Shown piece by piece: positions 58,146-64,000 of a DNA stretch of 64,000 nucleotides. Both the position numbers and the translations under genes were made by a program. The DNA is from Setoptus koraiensis (Eukaryota > Animalia > Arthropoda). The stretch's first letter is position 1; each line of letters begins with the position of its first letter. The stretch is taken from positions 6,448,001-6,512,000 of the forward strand of contig CM106585.1 of assembly GCA_048013815.1 (NCBI GenBank), in the 5' to 3' direction. The notes beneath the pieces were generated by a model, which saw only the letters and a program-made list of their open reading frames with translations, had not been told where the DNA came from and searched no databases.

Positions 58146-59864
58146 CAGCCCCGGCGGACGCCTCCATTTGTACGCTCACTAGTGACGTAATGACGGCGTG
58201 TGTGTGTGTGTGTGTGTTTTTGCCCACAACCATTTTAGATTAAAACCGGCGGATAAGATTTGCGCATTCAGAGGCTACAATGAGAGAGGCATCAGATAAC
58301 TAGATGACGGCCAGATAGACCGAGAGTGGCGCCACTGGAACGTATCAGCGGATCAATCGCGCAGTTAGCTTGCCATTCGAATGTATCAGTGGATCAATTG
58401 CATGGCTAGCTTGCCGCTTGGCGAACAAAAAGAGATGTCGTAAATAATACAATTGGAACAGAGCAATCTTACAAATCATCGTGGTGCACTATGGAGCGGG
58501 CCAGAATTCAAAGTTCACGAACAAACGAACGACTCATCATCATGCTCATCGTCAAGCGAACAAGATTGATGTTTGCGCTGTTGTGTGTGTCACGACGACT
58601 AACCGGCCAGGTAGTTGCCGGTTGCTGTCATTGGCGAGCCAGTTGAAACAGGGAGCAACCACTCAAATGTCAACTGGAGACTGTATTAAGATGATGCTCA
58701 CGGATTGTCTAACAACAGTAGAACAATTGGCCAGCGAGAGATGAGAATGTCAGACAACGGCCGGGCTATTTAGCTTGTTAGCAGCGGCAGCGGTGGTAGT
58801 GGCAGCGGCAGCGGTGATAGTGGCAGTGGTGGTGGTGGTGGTGGTAGCGGCGGTGGTAGCGGCGGTAGTGGTGGCAGCAGCAACAGTGCAACAACAACAA
58901 ATTCTCGCGCGTCCTAATGAGCATATGCCACGGTATAGTCAAATCGATGGTGCATTCTTTTCTATTCACAAAGAGCTTGCATTACGTGAATGAGCCTTCA
59001 GCGCTTGTGAGCATTAGCCCTCTCGACGCCAGCACACATCAAGGCAGGCACACGCATCAACAAAGCGCCTGTAGTCGCCTAAATACAAACAACAGTCGGC
59101 AATTGTTCGCCGACGACGACGACGACGACGACGACGAGTTTATCCATGAGAGAGATAATGCAAAAATGTGTGAAACTCATGCCGGGCTCATTACGCATTC
59201 AAGAATCGACGCTTGTGTGCTACTTAGGCTGGCCCGGCGGCACCACGGTCATTTGCCAAGCCGCCGAGATAGTTCAACAGGTTGCTGTTTGCATTCTCAC
59301 AAGCTGCGAGCTGCCGAGTTGCGCAAGAGTCGCTGGCGCTGGCTTAGGCGAGCAACTAATCGCGTGTGCGTGGCTCCCATAAAAGTTGCTGACTATATTA
59401 TCGGATGAATTGTACATACATGAGAGCATCGCTTTAGCTAAATCCACATCATCACAATGGCAAGGAGCAGGCTGGCTGGCTGGCTGGCTGGCTGGCGCTG
59501 CTGCGGTTGCACTTTGGCTGGCCAGCCACGACAAGTGCACCGCCGAGCGAAGCCACGACAAGTGCACCGACGAGCGGAGCCGCAACAAGTGCGCTGCCGC
59601 CGCTGCTGCTGCTGCATCATGCGCTGTATCAGGTTTCTGCCGCGCCGTGGAGCGTTCGCCGTTCGCTGTGGACTCCACAGTGTGGAGCGTTCGGCGGCGC
59701 TTCCCCCGCGTGTGCGCCCTCCTTATGCCCCCACCGTCCAATAATATATAAATATTTTGCTGCTGCTTGTTGAGCCAAACAATGTCCAAAAGCACCCGAT
59801 TGCCCGACTGCAACACATGAACCTGTGCGCCATTATAGGCTGCCGACTGTCGCTCGGGGCTCAC

Positions 59865-59903
<39 letters not shown>

Positions 59904-60428
59904 TGCGAGCCACAACGGCGCGCTGCGCTTAAAACAACTGACACACACAGGCGACGATTGAGCCCCTCTCAGAGAGTCTCTCTGCGAGACTCTCGCAATT
60001 GACCGTGAGCCAGTGTGTGTGTGCGTGCCGGTGCTTGTGTGGCTTCTTGCTGGCTGCTGGCGAACAACAAGTGGAGACGACACACACACACACACTCAGA
60101 CACACACACACACGCACACAGACACACACTCGCCAACGGCAGCGTCCGCAGCAACAAGTGATCGAATATAATCGAATTGATACTGGTGTCTCTTTTTCAG
60201 CAGCGAATGCGCAACACACACACACACACACAGAGTCCGCCGAGCGCAGAGTCAGTTGAACGCAGCCCGCCGAACGCAGTCAGTTGAGCCAGTTAGCAGA
60301 AGGTTCGCTGGTCGTTGCAGTGGTGAGTTGGGGAACGAATTTCGCCATTGGCCGCTTCCACAACACTACCGTGAATATTCTATCCGATGTGTGAATACTT
60401 GTGTGAATATTTACACACACACACACAC
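57874..60428. repeat. Dense cluster of microsatellites: (CA)n/(TG)n, (GAC)n, (GGCT)n, (GGT/GGC)n
   Basis: Multiple CA/TG runs (for example ~58113-58143, ~59868-59899), (GAC)n at ~59110-59136, and GGCT repeats at ~59469-59493. Confidence 0.9.
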
Positions 60429-60959
60429 ACAAGCGACACAACAACAACAATAATTCGATCAGCGGACGCAAGATTCGCAAATTCGCAGAAATACAACAAA
60501 CGCCAGCGAACACTAAATACAATACGTCCAATTTGTTTGTTCGGGTGTGTGTAAAATAATAATACAGTGGTAATCGTTTATTCCAACATAATATGTGTGC
60601 ATGTGATATTAAAATAAATCCACAGCAACAAGCAGCAAGATGCCCCCGACAACAACAGTGCCTCAAGCGACTCAATTGACACCGACCACAACGAACAATC
60701 ATGACACCGTACACGCGCATTCGGCCATCGTTGCACAATAGCCGACCAATCAGCTAATTATAGGACAGTTTACACCACATCACAACACATTTATACACAT
60801 CGTATCACATATCCCAAAATTACTAGTGATCGTCATCGTGTGCACTGCCATCTCAGTCTCGAGCGGCAAGCGACCAGTGACAACTACAACTGATACAACT
60901 ATTATTCAGATTGTTGTTACCATCATCAGCCGTTTGGTGGTTGATTGTTTGCCACAACC

Positions 60960-63900
60960 ATGCAACAAACAGCCATGCAACAAACAGGCCTGCACCATCA
61001 CCAGATGCAACAGCAGCAACAGCAACAACACACCCAGGGGGTGCCCATCATCCAGAGGGCGCCCCACTATAATTCAAATGGCAACCTGAGCACCAGGAGT
61101 GCTCAGGCTCAAAGACGAAACAGTAGTCAGACAGTGGCAACCAGCCAGCTCAACAACAACATGGACAATATGGATGACCACGGCAAAACAAATGCAACCA
61201 AACTCAAGAGCAATGATACCACCAACGGCGATTCTAGTGCGGCCACCAACAACAGCAACAATCCAGCTACCACGCCGATATGCCGCTGTCGAGTCATGTA
61301 TCTAGGCTCCTCGGTGCCGCATGTCACCAAAGACGGATTGCAGGGCATCCAAGAGCCACTGAAGGACCTCTATCCGGATCCTGCCACGCTCATGTCGGGC
61401 AACGCAGGCATAGACTCGTGGCTCAGTGTCTGGAGCAATGGCATCTTGTTGGAAAATATCGACGACAATGGAAGAGAAATGAAGAGATTCTTTCAAATAG
61501 ATTCGTTGCATTATTGTGCCGCAGTCAAATATGTTCTCATGAATAATAACAACAATTCTAATGGCAACGCTAATCAATCCAGATCAAAAACTCCAAACAA
61601 TTCTGGCAACAATACTACCAACAATGAAGTGCCAAGTAGTCAATTGTCTAACTGTCAAGAGGACATCAGAAGCGTGCAAGAGCAACAAAACATCTATTCC
61701 ACAGCCAATTCCATAAGTGGACATGATAATGATAATAATAATAATAATAATTATAAAAGTACCATGGCCAAACAAAACAGTAAATTCCTACCACTAGATT
61801 CGCCATATTCTAGAAATAATGAACTCAATTCGCCACCAATATTCGCTTGTATTCTCAGAAGAACAACAGGTATTAAAGTGCTCGAATGTCATGCCTTCAT
61901 ATGTAAAAGAGAGGCCGCTGCCAATGCTCTTGTGCGATGTTGCTTTCATGCTTACGCCGACACCATGTATGCCAAACAAATGGGAGCAGACATATCGGCC
62001 ATCGATAGTAATAACAATAATCTACAACAGAAGACGAAAAAGACACTTACGCGAAAGTCCAAATCAACACCAGGTCTAGCCGATACAGTTCAAATGGTAG
62101 AGGCTTGGCGATCGTCGAATAATGATGACGAAGAAGATGATGATGACGATCGTTTGACTACCAGTAGTCAAGTTACCACCGGACAAATACAAACAGATAC
62201 TGAGGACGCGAGTCGTTATGGTGTTAGAAATGGTAGTCGCACATCCAGCATAGTGCACCATCAAGAGTTCGATGACGACGATAACAACTCTGTTGGTGAT
62301 TGTAGCGTTAATGAATCTGCAATTTCAAATATGAATAGGCAGCATGCCCCACACCGGATGAGTAATCTGCAACAGAGTAGGCAACATAAAGATCGTAAAT
62401 TGCAAAACAAATTGTCCAAGAGTATGCATCATTTGAATTCTGGTGATTATCATGGCACAAACAATTCCAGAGCTTCGCCTTACAGCAACGGTTTTGATAT
62501 CTACAATGGCCAATCACTACATAGTACATCATGTGCCGATATTAACAATGCTACCACACACCCTAATAATTGGATACGCGATGAATCTCAAATCAGCACA
62601 CAAATTCCTGGGCCCATCAATGGACCCTATACAAGTAGGGTACCTTCATATCCTGCACAAAGTATGATAAATGGAGTCACTGGCCACAATGGAGGAACTT
62701 TGCGCAGCATCAAATCACTTGCAGCGAATTCTATTGCATCAACTTTATTAAAGAGTAAGCGTCATGCAAAGGCTATGTCAACTTCCTCTTCACACATAAG
62801 TCCAGAAATGTTGCCGAAACAGGTGCCTATGATGATGGGACCGCACGGACCGATTCCTATGCTATACCCGATGCCAATTCCACAAAATATACGCTCACAA
62901 ATAAATGGTTCTCAAACTTTAAGACCGCCATCCAGACACATGGTGCCTATTGTTGGAGGGCCACCGAGTATGCCCCCTCTTAGTTCTAAGGAAATAAAAA
63001 AACTGATAAAAAAAGGAGCCAAACTTGGTTTGGATCCCTCAAAGTTCGGCACTATAAATATGATTCCCCCGAGGCCTGGACCAATGCTTCCTCCTCAGCA
63101 GCAAGTCATGAGTCAGAATATATTTAATAACAGTACACCTATACCTGTCACTAATGGTTACGATACTAGAGGGGACACTTTACCTAATTTTCCGAGGAAT
63201 ATACCAGCACAATTTGATGATGTGGATTCTGGACAACCACGGGGCAGATTCCCTATTATGGCGCCTGTCAGACCCTCGCCAGAATTTCTTAAATCTAAAG
63301 AGGGGAAAAAATGGTTTAAGCAACAAAAAGAGTTGAAAAAACTACTTCCCCCACACCTAGGAAACTTACCAATAGTTTTGGGCGCCCCACCTCCTTTGGA
63401 TGGTGAACCTTTATTGACCCCAAACGTTGTTCACTTTCAGCCTTCTCCACTACCAAAGACAAACTACATGTCGCATGCCGGTCCACAGATGGGAATGCCA
63501 GATCAGTGCATACCTATACCCACGATGGATAGTTCCGGATACTATAACCCTCATCCTTTTTATGGTGCAAACACAAATGGAAATAGCACATCCAATACTA
63601 TGATGCGATACTCTCCTAATTCTGAGTATATTAAAAACGATTCAGGTCAGATAGCTCGACGAATTCCTACTCATATGGACAACTCTGTCGATCAAAATAG
63701 ATTTACGCATCAACAACAATTCTTCGATCAGAACGGAGGTCAAAACTTTTTAGGAGAAAGTTCTAGCGTAAATTTTAGCAATGTTGGCGATAGTGATTCA
63801 TACTATGGTGCAGACCAAACAAATAGATATCCTCCCAGGTACAGAGTGCCGATGCGACCGCCTGTAACGAATTATACGGACGAGGGAATGCCATTAGATC

Positions 63901-64000
63901 ATCATGAAAAACAATACTCACATATGAACGGTGGTCCGAACGGAGCCTCATCATCCAGATCCGTGCATTCCTACAGAACCTCAAAATCAAGATCAAGCTC
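60960..64000 (+). CDS. PTB/PID-domain protein of the arthropod CG12581 type; long ORF truncated by the window edge
   Basis: ATG at 60960 after an in-frame stop. CRCRVMYLGSSVPHVTKDGLQGIQEPLKDLYP...GIDSWLSVWSNGILLENID...LHYCAAV...FACILRRTTGIKVLECHAFICK...ANALVRCCFHAY. The frame is open in every stretch I translated, including the last line, and the ORF is absent from the track as expected if it has no stop. Confidence 0.9.
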   Translation, partial: MQQTAMQQTGLHHHQMQQQQQQQHTQGVPIIQRAPHYNSNGNLSTRSAQAQRRNSSQTVATSQLNNNMDNMDDHGKTNATKLKSNDTTNGDSSAATNNSNNPATTPICRCRVMYLGSSVPHVTKDGLQGIQEPLKDLYPDPATLMSGNAGIDSWLSVWSNGILLENIDDNGREMKRFFQIDSLHYCAAVKYVLMNNNNNSNGNANQSRSKTPNNSGNNTTNNEVPSSQLSNCQEDIRSVQEQQNIYSTANSISGHDNDNNNNNNYKSTMAKQNSKFLPLDSPYSRNNELNSPPIFACILRRTTGIKVLECHAFICKREAAANALVRCCFHAYADTMYAKQMGADISAIDSNNNNLQQKTKKTLTRKSKSTPGLADTVQMVEAWRSSNNDDEEDDDDDRLTTSSQVTTGQIQTDTEDASRYGVRNGSRTSSIVHHQEFDDDDNNSVGDCSVNESAISNMNRQHAPHRMSNLQQSRQHKDRKLQNKLSKSMHHLNSGDYHGTNNSRASPYSNGFDIYNGQSLHSTSCADINNATTHPNNWIRDESQISTQIPGPINGPYTSRVPSYPAQSMINGVTGHNGGTLRSIKSLAANSIASTLLKSKRHAKAMSTSSSHISPEMLPKQVPMMMGPHGPIPMLYPMPIPQNIRSQINGSQTLRPPSRHMVPIVGGPPSMPPLSSKEIKKLIKKGAKLGLDPSKFGTINMIPPRPGPMLPPQQQVMSQNIFNNSTPIPVTNGYDTRGDTLPNFPRNIPAQFDDVDSGQPRGRFPIMAPVRPSPEFLKSKEGKKWFKQQKELKKLLPPHLGNLPIVLGAPPPLDGEPLLTPNVVHFQPSPLPKTNYMSHAGPQMGMPDQCIPIPTMDSSGYYNPHPFYGANTNGNSTSNTMMRYSPNSEYIKNDSGQIARRIPTHMDNSVDQNRFTHQQQFFDQNGGQNFLGESSSVNFSNVGDSDSYYGADQTNRYPPRYRVPMRPPVTNYTDEGMPLDHHEKQYSHMNGGPNGASSSRSVHSYRTSKSRSS

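Noticed and set aside
58775-60460. Ala/Val-, His/Arg- and Cys/Val-rich ORFs in the microsatellite region, and similar ones at 5728-6111, 18879-19076 and 41880-42652
   Set aside because: Translations of simple repeats with no domain content.

Overview
Eukaryotic, gene-dense, intron-poor arthropod DNA. The genes and the mix of intronless conserved genes with short introns suggest a compact acariform mite genome such as an eriophyoid; this is inference. About 19 protein-coding genes can be supported: RpS9; a secreted-type ferritin ending in KDEL; an RRM-only PPIE/Cyp33; a KDM6/UTX demethylase with no visible TPRs; Fe65/APBB; a globin with a ~170-aa insertion; a CARD initiator caspase; MZT2; a 3-exon Ly6/uPAR gene absent from the ORF track; a short 8-repeat filamin; a mitochondrial-clan P450 (shade/CYP314A1-like); TBL3/UTP13; Imp/IGF2BP; an acid lipase with a pentapeptide-repeat tail; an orphan 604-aa ORF; SAYSD1; COA5; a PAN/apple membrane protein; and a CG12581-type PTB protein running off the right edge. 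The window also shows local duplication. A caspase-MZT2-P450-TBL3 block occurs twice about 10-11 kb apart with reciprocal gene loss, and a 245-bp, 94%-identical inverted copy of the APBB coding sequence lies just upstream of APBB. I found no tRNA, rRNA, CRISPR array or intact transposon that I can support. Exon coordinates were derived by hand from GT/AG sites and frame continuity; no database searches were run.
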